Positions 35,557-45,722 of a stretch of DNA of 64,000 nt are shown here, one piece after another. The translations under genes were made by a program, and so were the position numbers. The DNA is taken from the NCBI GenBank assembly GCA_045588365.1, contig JAZNEB010000013.1, positions 128,803-192,802 of the forward strand, read 5' to 3'. Source of the stretch: Clostridia bacterium (GTDB taxonomy: Bacteria; Bacillota; Clostridia; CAKSNL01; HGM11501). Each line of letters starts with the position of its first letter. Position 1 is the stretch's first letter. The notes beneath the pieces are model-generated. The model saw only the letters and a program-made list of their open reading frames with translations, searched no databases and was not told where the DNA came from.

Positions 35557-36594
35557 ATGAATATAATTTGGACCATATTGATTTTAGGCGTTATGATTTT
35601 CATTCATGAGCTGGGACATTTTATCTCTGCCAGAATTTTCGGCGTAAGGGTAAATGAATTCGCTCTTGGTATGGGCCCTGCCATTATAAAAAAGCAGGGG
35701 AAAGAAACCTTGTATTCCTTAAGGCTTTTCCCCATTGGCGGCTACTGTGCCATGGTGGGAGAGGATGAGAAAACTGATGAAGAAGGTTCATTTTCGGCAC
35801 TTTCTCCCTGGAAGCGATTTATCATTTTAGCCTCCGGTGCACTTATGAATATTTTGCTGGCACTTTTGCTTTTCATGATAATAAGCTTCAGCCAGAAGTT
35901 TGTCATAACTCCTTCAATCGGGGAAATTCCCGATGAAAATGCACCGATTTCCGTTTTCTGTGTAGGGGACAGAATTGTAAAGATGGATAATACAAAAATA
36001 AATATCTATTCTGACCTTACCTTGAAAATGTATGAAAACAAAGGCGAAAGCGTGAAAATAACCGTTGAACGTGATGGCGAATATATAACCGAAAACGTAA
36101 CGCCATACGAAACGCCTTCGGGCTATAAATTTGGTTTCACTCCAAAAATTGTGGAAAATACACCGCTTCTGGCACTTAAAAACGGATTTTACGAAACGGC
36201 ATTCAGCGTAAAGAGTGTTTTCTGGACAATAAAGAATTTAGCTATTGGAAATCTCGGGGTTGATGCAGTGTCGGGACCCATCGGAATTGCTTCGGTTGTG
36301 GATGAAGTGGTGGACGAAGTAAATAAGGAAGAAGACATAAAGGCAAGAAGTCTTTTGATGTTTTTGAATATTGCCAATCTGATGGCGCTTATAGGAGCAA
36401 ATTTAGGTGTAATGAACCTTTTGCCCCTGCCTGCATTGGATGGCGGAAGAATTTTATTTACACTTATTGAAATGGTTACAAGAAAAAAAGTGCCTGAAAA
36501 GTTTGAAGCTTTGGTGCATGGGGCAGGATTTATACTTTTTATGCTTTTTGCACTTTTTATAACATGGTCGGACATTTTGAAATTGATAAAGTAA
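35557..36594 (+). CDS. rseP: RIP (site-2) zinc metalloprotease RseP
   Basis: HELGHF motif in TM1, a PDZ-like middle domain, and the C-terminal NLLPLPALDGG motif. Confidence 0.9.
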   Translation: MNIIWTILILGVMIFIHELGHFISARIFGVRVNEFALGMGPAIIKKQGKETLYSLRLFPIGGYCAMVGEDEKTDEEGSFSALSPWKRFIILASGALMNILLALLLFMIISFSQKFVITPSIGEIPDENAPISVFCVGDRIVKMDNTKINIYSDLTLKMYENKGESVKITVERDGEYITENVTPYETPSGYKFGFTPKIVENTPLLALKNGFYETAFSVKSVFWTIKNLAIGNLGVDAVSGPIGIASVVDEVVDEVNKEEDIKARSLLMFLNIANLMALIGANLGVMNLLPLPALDGGRILFTLIEMVTRKKVPEKFEALVHGAGFILFMLFALFITWSDILKLIK

Positions 36595-36607
36595 AGAGGG
36601 GATATAA

Positions 36608-37042
36608 ATGAGCAGAAAAACAGCCAGAGAAAATGCTTTTAAAATGCTTTTTGCCATGATAACCAAGGGCGACGAGCGTATTCCGGAGGGCTTTTATGAA
36701 GAAGCGGCAGATGGTGAAATCTGGTCAGGAAAAGAAGCAGGAAAAGACGATAAGGATTATATAGAAAAGGTTTGTCCCGGGGTATCCGAAAAGGAAGAAG
36801 CGATTGATGATATAATCAAAAAATATCTTAAAAACTGGACTATAGACCGAATTAACAGGGTTTCTCTTGCGGCATTACGCCTTTCTATCTATGAAATTCT
36901 CTATATGGAGGATATTCCGGTAAAGGTAAGCGTAAGCGAAACAGTTGAAATTGTCAAAAAGTACGCAGGGGAAGAAGACTCTAAATTTGTAAACGGAGTT
37001 TTAGGAGAATTTATAAGAAAAGAATTAGATACCAAAGAATAA
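36608..37042 (+). CDS. nusB: Transcription antitermination factor NusB
   Basis: NusB fold motifs (SRKTARENAFKMLF ... WTIDRINRVSLAALRLSIYE ... FVNGVL). Confidence 0.85.
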   Translation: MSRKTARENAFKMLFAMITKGDERIPEGFYEEAADGEIWSGKEAGKDDKDYIEKVCPGVSEKEEAIDDIIKKYLKNWTIDRINRVSLAALRLSIYEILYMEDIPVKVSVSETVEIVKKYAGEEDSKFVNGVLGEFIRKELDTKE

Positions 37043-37052
37043 AGGTGTTTTT

Positions 37053-38258
37053 ATGGATCAGCTTAAAATGACAGTTTCCGAGCTTAATTCCAATATGAAA
37101 AAGCTGTTGGATTCAAGAGCGGGACTTAAGGATATATGGATTCAGGGGGAAATATCAAACTTCAAGCAGAATATGCCCTCGGGACACATGTATCTTACTC
37201 TTAAGGACGAAAAAAGCGTGCTTAAGGCCTGTATGTTCAAGGGAGCAAATATAAATCTTGCTTTCAGACCTGAAGACGGGATGAAGGTTCTTGCCCGTGG
37301 TAGGGTTACGGTTTATGAGCCGGGCGGAACATATCAGCTTTACATAGAGGAGCTGATTTTGGATGGACTCGGAGAGCTTTATGCTGCTTTTAATCAGCTT
37401 AAAGAAAAGCTTCGTGCCGAGGGACTGTTTGATGAAGATAAGAAAAAGCCGATACCCAAATACCCCAAAAAAGTCGGGGTTATAACAAGCGATACGGGTG
37501 CGGCGGTAAGAGATATAATAAACGTAATGACAAGGCGTTTTCCCTATGCAGATATAATTTTATATCCTTCCAAGGTTCAGGGAGAGGGAGCAGCAGAAAA
37601 CGTATGCAGGGGTATAGAATTTTTCAACGAAACAAAGATGGTTGATGTTATAATAGCAGGACGTGGCGGCGGGTCTATCGAGGATTTATGGGCTTTCAAC
37701 GAGGAAATAACAGCAAGGGCAATATTTAATAGCGAAATCCCGATAATTTCTGCAGTGGGCCACGAAATTGATTTTACCATCGCTGACTTTGTGGCTGATT
37801 TGAGAGCACCTACGCCCTCGGCGGCGGCAGAACTGGCGGTTCCCTCGTCAGAGGAAATATTGCAAAACCTTAAAATAAACGAATCAAGAATGAAAAACGC
37901 TCTTATGACAAGCCTTAAAAGAAAGAAAGATAAGCTTACCTATGCAAGTAAAATGCTTTCTAAAGAGAGATTTTTGGATAAAATCGAACAGATGATGATT
38001 ATGCTTGATACCAAAGCTGAACACAGATTAAAAATCATGGAAAACATTTTATCGGAAAAAGGCAAGAAACTTGCGGTTTTGGTGGCTAAGCTTGACTCCA
38101 TGTCGCCCCTCAAGGTTCTTTCAAGGGGCTATGGAATAATAACGGATTACAGAGAAAAGGTAATAAAGAGCGTGTCAAATCTCGATAAAGGAATGAGAGT
38201 CGGAATTAAGTTTGCCGACGGAGAGGCAAAGGCTCGGATTGAGGAGGTTTCCAAGTGA
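37053..38258 (+). CDS. xseA: Exodeoxyribonuclease VII large subunit
   Basis: N-terminal OB fold (VSELN ... IWIQGEISNF ... SGHMYLTLKD) and catalytic-core motifs (GVITS ... RGGGSIEDLW). Confidence 0.9.
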   Translation: MDQLKMTVSELNSNMKKLLDSRAGLKDIWIQGEISNFKQNMPSGHMYLTLKDEKSVLKACMFKGANINLAFRPEDGMKVLARGRVTVYEPGGTYQLYIEELILDGLGELYAAFNQLKEKLRAEGLFDEDKKKPIPKYPKKVGVITSDTGAAVRDIINVMTRRFPYADIILYPSKVQGEGAAENVCRGIEFFNETKMVDVIIAGRGGGSIEDLWAFNEEITARAIFNSEIPIISAVGHEIDFTIADFVADLRAPTPSAAAELAVPSSEEILQNLKINESRMKNALMTSLKRKKDKLTYASKMLSKERFLDKIEQMMIMLDTKAEHRLKIMENILSEKGKKLAVLVAKLDSMSPLKVLSRGYGIITDYREKVIKSVSNLDKGMRVGIKFADGEAKARIEEVSK

Positions 38259-38479
38259 AAGATTTTGAAAAAATGATAGAAGAGCTTTCCCTTATTACTG
38301 AAAAGTTAGAGGGAGGAGAGCTTTCTTTGGCAGATTCTGTTGAACTTTTTGAAAAGGGAGTTACCTTGACAAAAAAGTGCAACGAAATTTTATCTGAGGC
38401 AGAGGGTAAAATTGTAAAAATAACAAAGGATGCAGAAGGAAATGTAAAGGAAGTTCCTTTCAGCGTGGAGGAAGCGTAA
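38255..38479 (+). CDS. xseB: Exodeoxyribonuclease VII small subunit
   Basis: 74-aa helical protein (FEKMIEELSLITEKLEGGELSLADSVELFEKG). It overlaps the xseA stop. Confidence 0.85.
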   Translation: MKDFEKMIEELSLITEKLEGGELSLADSVELFEKGVTLTKKCNEILSEAEGKIVKITKDAEGNVKEVPFSVEEA

Positions 38480-39336
38480 TGTCTTTTGCGAAAAAGCTTT
38501 CAGAAAAGCAGGAAAAGATAAATACCTATCTTGAAAATATAATTCCCGAAAGTGCGGGGGAGCTTAAAAAAGCTATGGATTACAGCCTTTTAGCAGGCGG
38601 AAAAAGGATAAGACCCGTACTTTTAATGGCAACGGTGGAGGCTCTTGGTGGCAGGGAGGATGAAATGCTTCCTTTTGCGGCAGCCCTTGAAATGATACAC
38701 ACCTATTCACTGATTCACGACGACTTGCCTTCTATGGACAATGATGACTTAAGACGTGGCAAGCCCACAAATCATGTGGTTTTCGGTGAGGCTACGGCAA
38801 CTTTGGCAGGAGATGCTCTTTTGAACTTTGCCTTTGAAACGGCGTTGAATGCAAAGTTTGATGCCACAAAAAAGGTGGAAATTATAAAGGCTTTAGCCAA
38901 AGCGTCGGGAGTTTTCGGTATGATAGGCGGTCAGGTTCTGGACTTAGAGGGGGAAAAACGAACTCTTTCAGAGGATGAACTTACAAATATGCACCGATTA
39001 AAAACAGGAGCTTTGATAAAAGCCGCCGTTTCCATGGGTTGTATTGCCGTGGGACAGGACAAGGATTATCTTAATGACTATGCCGACAATTTAGGTCTTG
39101 CCTTTCAGTTAAAGGACGATATTCTTGATATAACCTCATCTGATGAGGAGCTGGGGAAAAATGTAGGCAGTGATAATAAAAACGAAAAAACTACATTTAT
39201 AACCTTGTATGGAATAAAGAAAGCAGAAAAAATGCTTGAAGAAAAGACAAAAAAGGCAATAGAGACACTTGAGAAAACAGAAAATAAAGAGTTCTTGAAA
39301 GAATTTGCTTTATATCTTTTGAAAAGGAAGAATTAA
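38479..39336 (+). CDS. ispA: Polyprenyl (farnesyl/geranylgeranyl) diphosphate synthase
   Basis: First and second Asp-rich motifs LIHDDLPSMDNDDLRRG and FQLKDDILD. Confidence 0.9.
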   Translation: MSFAKKLSEKQEKINTYLENIIPESAGELKKAMDYSLLAGGKRIRPVLLMATVEALGGREDEMLPFAAALEMIHTYSLIHDDLPSMDNDDLRRGKPTNHVVFGEATATLAGDALLNFAFETALNAKFDATKKVEIIKALAKASGVFGMIGGQVLDLEGEKRTLSEDELTNMHRLKTGALIKAAVSMGCIAVGQDKDYLNDYADNLGLAFQLKDDILDITSSDEELGKNVGSDNKNEKTTFITLYGIKKAEKMLEEKTKKAIETLEKTENKEFLKEFALYLLKRKN

Positions 39337-39337
39337 A

Positions 39338-39775
39338 ATGAATTTTTGGAAAGAAATAGCAGCCAATAAAGTGCTCATAGCGGCTCTTTTGGGTTGGTTT
39401 ATAGCCCAGGCACTCAAGGTAGTATATATACTTATTACCGAAAAGAAATTTAATATAAAAAAATTCGTTGAATCAGGCGGAATGCCCAGCTCCCACAGTG
39501 CTTTTGTTAGTGCAATGGCAGTGGCTGTAGGCTTTACGGAGGGGTTTGCATCATCCTTTTTTGGCATTTCCTTTGTGCTTGCTTTTATAGTTATGTATGA
39601 TGCATCAGGAGTAAGGAAGGCTGCGGGAGACCAGGCAAAGGTAATAAACAGTATTCAGGAAATGTTCTCCTTTGAGGCTCCCGTATATCTAAAGGAGATT
39701 TTGGGACATACCTGGCTTGAAGTTATAGTGGGCTCGGTTTTGGGAATTATAATATCGCTGATTATGTTTTTATAA
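39338..39775 (+). CDS. Divergent PAP2-family membrane protein (YuiD-like)
   Basis: Motifs GGMPSSHSAF and YDASGVR in a small polytopic protein. Confidence 0.75.
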   Translation: MNFWKEIAANKVLIAALLGWFIAQALKVVYILITEKKFNIKKFVESGGMPSSHSAFVSAMAVAVGFTEGFASSFFGISFVLAFIVMYDASGVRKAAGDQAKVINSIQEMFSFEAPVYLKEILGHTWLEVIVGSVLGIIISLIMFL

Positions 39776-39788
39776 GGAGTGATTTTTC

Positions 39789-40778
39789 TTGACCGTAAGA
39801 GAAATGCTTGAAAAAAGAGAAAGAGAAACCCTGTCGCCCTTTGCCGCTTTGTCGGAAAACTCAAAAGGGAGAAGAAAAGAGGTTGATCCCTGCGATTTAA
39901 GAACAGAATTTCAGAGAGACAGAGACAGGATTATCTATTCCAAAGCCTTCAGGCGACTTAAACATAAAACCCAGGTTTTTATAGCACCTTTGGGAGACCA
40001 CTATCGTACAAGACTTACCCACACCCTTGAGGTTGCCCAGATAGCGAGAAGTATAAGCAGAGCTCTTTGCTTAAATGAAGATTTAACTGAAGCAATCGCC
40101 ATGGGGCACGACCTGGGGCATACACCCTTTGGCCATGCAGGTGAAAGGGCATTGGATTCCTTATCTGAAAAAGGCTTCAGGCATAACATTCAAAGCTTAA
40201 GGATAGTAAGGGAATTAGAGGGCGGAAGCGGTATAAATTTAACCTTCGAGGTAGAGGACGGAATTCTTAACCATGTGGGAGCTAAATACCCTTCAACCTT
40301 AGAGGGCAGAATTTGCCGTCTGGCAGATAAAATTGCCTATATAAATCACGATATTGATGATGCTAAAAGAGCGGGCATTTTAACGGAAGAGGATTTGCCC
40401 AAAGAATGCACAAAGGTACTTGGGCATTCACACGGAAAAAGAATAGATAAAATAGTAAGAGACTGTATAGAGATGAGCGAAAGTGACATTATTTTAAGCT
40501 CCGAGGTTTACGGTGCCATGATGGAGCTTGAAAAATTTATGTTTTCCAATGTGTATATAGACTCAGAAGCAAAAAAAGAAGAAAAAAAGGTATATGGAAT
40601 AGTAAAGTCTCTTTACGAGTACTTTATGGAAAATCATGAGCTTTTGAAAAATGAGCCGGGCTACGACGAAAAGGACCCTGAAATAAGTGTCTGCGACTAT
40701 ATTTCGGGAATGACGGATATCTTTTGCCTACATAAGTACAATGAGCTTTTCGTCCCCGAATCGTGGCATAAGAGATAA
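39789..40778 (+). CDS. dgt: dGTP triphosphohydrolase-like HD-domain protein
   Basis: FQRDRDRIIYSKAFRRLKHKTQVF ... RTRLTHTLEVAQI ... HDLGHTPFGH. TTG 39789 lies 9 nt after AAGGAG (ATG 39804 is the alternative). Confidence 0.85.
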   Translation: MTVREMLEKRERETLSPFAALSENSKGRRKEVDPCDLRTEFQRDRDRIIYSKAFRRLKHKTQVFIAPLGDHYRTRLTHTLEVAQIARSISRALCLNEDLTEAIAMGHDLGHTPFGHAGERALDSLSEKGFRHNIQSLRIVRELEGGSGINLTFEVEDGILNHVGAKYPSTLEGRICRLADKIAYINHDIDDAKRAGILTEEDLPKECTKVLGHSHGKRIDKIVRDCIEMSESDIILSSEVYGAMMELEKFMFSNVYIDSEAKKEEKKVYGIVKSLYEYFMENHELLKNEPGYDEKDPEISVCDYISGMTDIFCLHKYNELFVPESWHKR

Positions 40779-40930
40779 ATTTTCAACAAAGAAATTTTAT
40801 CTCTGAGTCTTTCTTTTTAAGTAAAGTTTTTGTCGAAAAAATCCTGTTCGGATTTTTCATTGTATCGTCTTTCGCTTCAACGCTACAGACGATGTCGAGA
40901 AAAATTTTCTTTGTTGAAAATTTTATCTCT
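40771..40930. repeat. Nested inverted-repeat element between dgt and dnaG
   Basis: The 34-nt arm AGAGATAAATTTTCAACAAAGAAATTTTATCTCT (40771-40804) recurs as an inverted copy at 40897-40930 (about 28 of 34 matches by hand, two 1-nt indels). A 13-nt perfect direct repeat AAATTTTATCTCT is also present (40792-40804 and 40918-40930). The 92-bp spacer holds two hairpins (gaaaaaatcc/ggatttttc and atcgtct/agacgat). Confidence 0.85.
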
Positions 40931-40997
40931 TAAAGGATTTTACGTTAATTTGTCGAAATATTATACTATAGGAGTTATAAAGAAGGGATGGTGAATT

Positions 40998-42767
40998 ATG
41001 GCTGCTATATATCCCGAGGAAGTTATATCGGAGGTTTTGTCCGCAACTGACATTGTCGGTCTTGTGGGAAGCTATGTAAAGCTTAAACGTTCGGGCCGTG
41101 GCTATATGGGGCTTTGCCCGTTTCACCGTGAAAAATCCCCGTCCTTTCATGTATCTGAGGACAAGCAGCTCTACCATTGCTTCGGCTGTGGTGTAGGCGG
41201 CAATGCAATTCATTTCGTAATGGCGGCAGAAAACCTTGATTTTGTGGAGGGTCTTAAATATCTTGCAGATAAGTCGGGAATAATATTGCCTGAACCAAAC
41301 GAGATATCAAGAGATTCCCAAAAGCATGAAATGAAGAAGAAAATGTACGAAGCCAATCTTTCGGTAGCTCGCTTTTTCAGAGAAAAGTTTCACGAGGAAG
41401 TTGGAAAGGGAGCCAGAGAGTACGTGGAAAAAAGGCAAATAGCAGATTCCACGGTTGCACACTTCGGTATTGGCTATGCTCCTGACGGCAATGCACTTTT
41501 GAGCTTTGCTGAAAAAAATAATATAGGAAAAGATGTGCTTTTGAGTCTCGGTCTTATTATGCGCACAGAGCGGGGAAATTATATAGACAGATTCAGAAAC
41601 CGTCTTATGGTTCCCATAATTGACGTGAGGAAGAATATAATCGGCTTTGGCGGAAGAGCATTATCTCCCGACGAAAAGGCAAAATATATGAATTCTCCCG
41701 AAAGCCAGGTGTTCTTAAAAGGAAGGGAGCTTTTCGCTCTTAACTATGCCAAGAACACAAAGAATTTAGAAATCATTCTCTGCGAGGGATATATGGACGT
41801 AATAAGCCTCCATCAGGCAGGCTATACGGGAGCCGTTGCTTCAATGGGAACGGCACTCACGGGAGAGCAGGCGAGGATGATTAAAAAATATTCGTCAACA
41901 GTTTACCTTTGCTATGACTCGGACGGACCGGGTCAAAAGGCAACGGAGGCGGCAATAGAAATACTGCAGCCTTTGGATATTAAAGTAAAGGTTATAAGCC
42001 TTCCTGAGGGTAAAGACCCGGATGAATTTATCAAGCTCAGGGGCAAAGAAGCTTTTATGTCAGTTTTGAAAAAAGCAAAAATTGTTACTGATTACAGAAT
42101 AGACAAGCTTAAAAACACTTTTGACATAAAGGATATTGAACAGAAAATTGAATTTACAAAAGCGGCTTCAGAGGTTTTACTTAAAATAAAAAATCCCATA
42201 GAAAAGGAAGCATACATTAAAAAGGTTTCCGAGGAAACGGGGATTTCAGAGGATTCCATAATTGCGGAAATAATGAAACGGGACAGCTCTTATAAAAAAA
42301 GAGAGGAAAAGAAAATTTTCGCCCGCCCGGTTCTGGAAAGAAAAACAGAGGAAAACAAGGTTGTTTCGGGAAAGCTCTACGAAGCAGAAAAAATCCTGCT
42401 TAACTTAATGGTAAAGGACAAAAAAGTTTACGAAAAGTATGCAAAAGAAATGTCCTTTGAAGAGTTTTCCACAGAGGCTCTTAAAAATCTGGCAAAGGCG
42501 GTTTACGAGGCATCTGAAAGTAAAAAAGAAGTGGATGTATCCTTGATTATAACAATGCTCCCCCAGGAATTTTCAGGGGAAGCATCATCGGTTTTCACGG
42601 ATGACGACTACGGCGATAATATAAAGGCGGCAGAAGATGCTTTTTGTACCATAGAAGATGAGAGATTTGAAGTATTAAGTAAAAAATATATCGAAGAGAA
42701 GAATATAACAAAGCTTAATGAGCTTATCAGGAAAAAGGCAGAAAAGAAACGGAAAGAGGGTATGTGA
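40998..42767 (+). CDS. dnaG: DNA primase
   Basis: Zinc-ribbon [13 protein letters not shown] ... YHCFGCG, a TOPRIM domain (EGYMDVISL ... DSDGPGQKA) and dnaG-rpoD synteny. Confidence 0.9.
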   Translation: MAAIYPEEVISEVLSATDIVGLVGSYVKLKRSGRGYMGLCPFHREKSPSFHVSEDKQLYHCFGCGVGGNAIHFVMAAENLDFVEGLKYLADKSGIILPEPNEISRDSQKHEMKKKMYEANLSVARFFREKFHEEVGKGAREYVEKRQIADSTVAHFGIGYAPDGNALLSFAEKNNIGKDVLLSLGLIMRTERGNYIDRFRNRLMVPIIDVRKNIIGFGGRALSPDEKAKYMNSPESQVFLKGRELFALNYAKNTKNLEIILCEGYMDVISLHQAGYTGAVASMGTALTGEQARMIKKYSSTVYLCYDSDGPGQKATEAAIEILQPLDIKVKVISLPEGKDPDEFIKLRGKEAFMSVLKKAKIVTDYRIDKLKNTFDIKDIEQKIEFTKAASEVLLKIKNPIEKEAYIKKVSEETGISEDSIIAEIMKRDSSYKKREEKKIFARPVLERKTEENKVVSGKLYEAEKILLNLMVKDKKVYEKYAKEMSFEEFSTEALKNLAKAVYEASESKKEVDVSLIITMLPQEFSGEASSVFTDDDYGDNIKAAEDAFCTIEDERFEVLSKKYIEEKNITKLNELIRKKAEKKRKEGM

Positions 42768-42768
42768 T

Positions 42769-43857
42769 ATGAGCGAAAATATCATGTCCGCAAGAAAACT
42801 TGCAATTAAAGAACTTGTTGAAAAAGGAAAGAAAAAAGGACTTTTGTCATATAAGGAAATTGCCGATGCTCTTGCTGAATTTGAGCTTGAAGAGGAGCAG
42901 ATGGAAAAAGTCTATGATTCTTTAGACAGAGAGGGTATCGAAGTTGTAGGCGACCTTGATAAGGAACTGGAACAGCTTGAACCCGTTCAGGTAGAAGAAG
43001 AAATTGACATGAATATGCCTGACGGCACCAATGTGGATGACCATGTAAGAATGTACTTAAAGGAAATCGGTAAGGTGCCGCTGCTGACGGCAGATGAAGA
43101 GCATGAACTTGCAAGAAAGATGGCGGAAGGGGACGAGGAAGCAAAACAGCGTCTCATTGAAACCAACTTAAGACTGGTTGTAAGTATAGCCAAAAAGTAT
43201 GTGGGAAGAGGACTTTTGTTCCTTGATTTAATCCAGGAGGGTAACTTAGGTCTTATAAAGGCTGTTGAAAAGTTTGACTATTCCAAGGGCTATAAGTTTT
43301 CCACCTATTCCACCTGGTGGATTCGCCAGTCCATAACAAGAGCTATTGCCGACCAGGCAAGAACTATCCGTGTACCCGTTCACATGGTTGAAACCATAAA
43401 TAAGCTTATCAGGGTATCACGTCAGCTTTTGCAGGAATACGGAAGAGATGCAACTCCCGAGGAAATTGCAAGGGAGATGAATATGCCCATTGAAAAGGTA
43501 AGGGAGATTATGAAAATCGCTCAGGAGCCTGTTTCTCTGGAAATGCCCATAGGCGAGGAAGAGGATACAAGACTCGGGGAATTCATTCCCGACGAGGATG
43601 CTCCCGCTCCCAGTGAGGCGGCATCATTCATGCTCTTAAAAGAGCAGCTTGTAGATGTGCTTGACACCTTAACCCCCAGAGAAGAAAGGGTGCTTCGTCT
43701 CCGCTTCGGCTTGGACGACGGAAGAAGCCGCACACTTGAAGAAGTGGGAAAGGTGTTCAACGTAACAAGAGAGAGAATTCGTCAGATAGAGGCAAAGGCT
43801 CTCCGTAAGCTTCGCCATCCGTCAAGAAGCAGAAAGCTTAAGGACTTTTTGGCATAA
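42769..43857 (+). CDS. rpoD: Primary RNA polymerase sigma factor (sigma-70/SigA)
   Basis: Regions 1.2 to 4.2 are present, including [28 protein letters not shown] and [21 protein letters not shown] 42769 is chosen right after the dnaG stop. Confidence 0.9.
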   Translation: MSENIMSARKLAIKELVEKGKKKGLLSYKEIADALAEFELEEEQMEKVYDSLDREGIEVVGDLDKELEQLEPVQVEEEIDMNMPDGTNVDDHVRMYLKEIGKVPLLTADEEHELARKMAEGDEEAKQRLIETNLRLVVSIAKKYVGRGLLFLDLIQEGNLGLIKAVEKFDYSKGYKFSTYSTWWIRQSITRAIADQARTIRVPVHMVETINKLIRVSRQLLQEYGRDATPEEIAREMNMPIEKVREIMKIAQEPVSLEMPIGEEEDTRLGEFIPDEDAPAPSEAASFMLLKEQLVDVLDTLTPREERVLRLRFGLDDGRSRTLEEVGKVFNVTRERIRQIEAKALRKLRHPSRSRKLKDFLA

Positions 43858-43888
43858 AGGGTGCTTAAACCCAATAGGGCTTAAACAT

Positions 43889-43917
43889 AAGGGAGGAGGG
43901 AACTTCTCCCTTTTTTG
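43889..43917 (+). terminator. Intrinsic terminator after rpoD
   Basis: aagggag ... ctccctt hairpin followed by ttttgtg. Confidence 0.6.
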
Positions 43918-43928
43918 TGAGGTAAGAT

Positions 43929-44576
43929 ATGAAAATTCATTTTACAGAGAGAATGAAAGCTATTATAAGCTTGATAGACCCTTGTGAAGCTCTGGCGGAC
44001 ATCGGTGCCGACCACGGTCTTGTGTCAGTTTTCATTGCAGAAAACAATCTGGCGAAATTAGTCTATGCCTGCGATGTAAACCCGCTGCCTTTGGAAAAGG
44101 CAAAAATAAATATTGAAAAAAGCGGGCTTAGGGGTAAGGTTATTCCCGTTCTTGCAGACGGTCTTTCCTATGTATGGGACAAAGCGGACACCGTCTTGAT
44201 TGCAGGACTCGGGGGCGAGGTTATATCGGAAATTCTTAAAAAAGACGATATAAAAAACATAAAAACCTTTATTCTGCAACCAATGACAAGGGCAGATAAG
44301 CTACGGGAAACCCTGGTTTTACTGGGACTTAAAATTGATAAGGAAATTCTCATAAAGGATGCGGGTAAAATCTACTCGATAATAAAAGCATCAAAGGGAA
44401 TGGAAAAGTACAGCCCTCTCCAGCTTAAGGTGGGGCCACGTGTACTTGAAAACAGGGGCGAACTTTTTACCCCTTACGTAGAGAAAATTTTAAGATACGA
44501 AGAAAGCAAAGCTAAGGGAAATGAGGAAAAAAGCCATGAGAATCTTCTGTCTGAGCTTAAAAACTTATTGAAATAA
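43929..44576 (+). CDS. trmK: tRNA (adenine22-N1)-methyltransferase
   Basis: TrmK-like SAM-MTase N-terminus (LADIGADHGLVSVF ... ACDVNPLPL ... AGLGGE) and a position downstream of rpoD, as in many Firmicutes. Confidence 0.75.
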   Translation: MKIHFTERMKAIISLIDPCEALADIGADHGLVSVFIAENNLAKLVYACDVNPLPLEKAKINIEKSGLRGKVIPVLADGLSYVWDKADTVLIAGLGGEVISEILKKDDIKNIKTFILQPMTRADKLRETLVLLGLKIDKEILIKDAGKIYSIIKASKGMEKYSPLQLKVGPRVLENRGELFTPYVEKILRYEESKAKGNEEKSHENLLSELKNLLK

Positions 44577-44594
44577 AATAAGGTTTGTTATATA

Positions 44595-45700
44595 ATGGAA
44601 ATAAGGGAAAGGATGGTTTGCGTGATTAAAGAAATGATTGAAAAAAGAAACCTGCCCGAATTTACGGACAGAGAGAAAATGATAAAAATTCTCCTTGATG
44701 AGGAATATGGTCATTTGCCCCAAATTCCTTATGAAGTCAAGGTTTCAGAACCTGAGATTATAGAAAAAAGATATGTGGCGGGAACTGCCTGCCATTCCAA
44801 AGTGGATTTTACTGTTACAACTCATCTTGGCACTCACACCTTCAAGGTTGACAGGCTCCTTCATACAGACGGGAAAAAGCACCCATTTTTTGTTTTCTTA
44901 AGCAACTTTACTGAGGTTCCCAACAGAACTATCCCTTAGAGGAAATTGCCGACAGAGGCTTTTCGGTGCTTTCGGTGGGATATAAGGATATAACAACCGA
45001 CGATGGGGATTTTGAAAACGGTCTTGCCAAAGTCTTTTATAAAGACGGGGAAAGGGAGGATAACCAGGCAGGAAAGATAATGCTCTGGTCCTTTGCCTTA
45101 AGAAGAATTTTGGATTATGCAAAGAGCATCCCTGAACTTGATATTGAAAATGCGGCGGTGGTTGGACATTCAAGGCTTGGTAAAACGGCACTGGTAACGG
45201 GAATGCTGGATGAAAGATTTAAGTTTGTGTTTTCCAATAATTCGGGCTGCAGCGGTGCTGCCATTACCAAAGGCGGAATGGGTCATCTTGGAATAGTGGG
45301 CGAATATCAGCCGGGCGAGAGCATAAGGGTAATTACCAAAGTATTTCCCTATTGGTTTTGCAAAAACTACTTGAAATATGCCGAGGCTAACTATCCTGAA
45401 AACTTCGACCAACACTATCTTTTAGCCACAATCGCACCCAGATTTTTATATGTTGCATCTGCATCGATGGACCAGTGGGCTGACCCTGATTCTGAATTTT
45501 TGGGTTGTGTCAAGGCAACGGAAGTCTATGAAAAAATGGGACTTTCGGGACTTATACATAAAGATAAGCTTCCTGGGGTGGGCGAGGTGTATAACGAGGG
45601 AAGAGTGGGCTATCACAGAAGATACGGACTTCACTTTTTATCCAGATACGACTGGAATCGCTATATGGACTTTATAGAGCTTCACAAGGATGAAAAATAA
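44595..45700 (+). pseudogene. CE15-like (glucuronoyl-esterase-type) alpha/beta hydrolase split by a frameshift near 44925-44935
   Basis: ORF 44595-44939 ends in ...FVFLSNFTEVPNRTIP*. The next frame is open from 44915 and reads ...YPLEEIADRGFSVLSVGYKDI..., continuing into ORF 44966-45700 with the nucleophile motif GHSRLGK. The two halves read as one protein if 1 nt is gained or lost. Confidence 0.55.
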
Positions 45701-45722
45701 TTTATATAAAGGAGTGTTTTTT

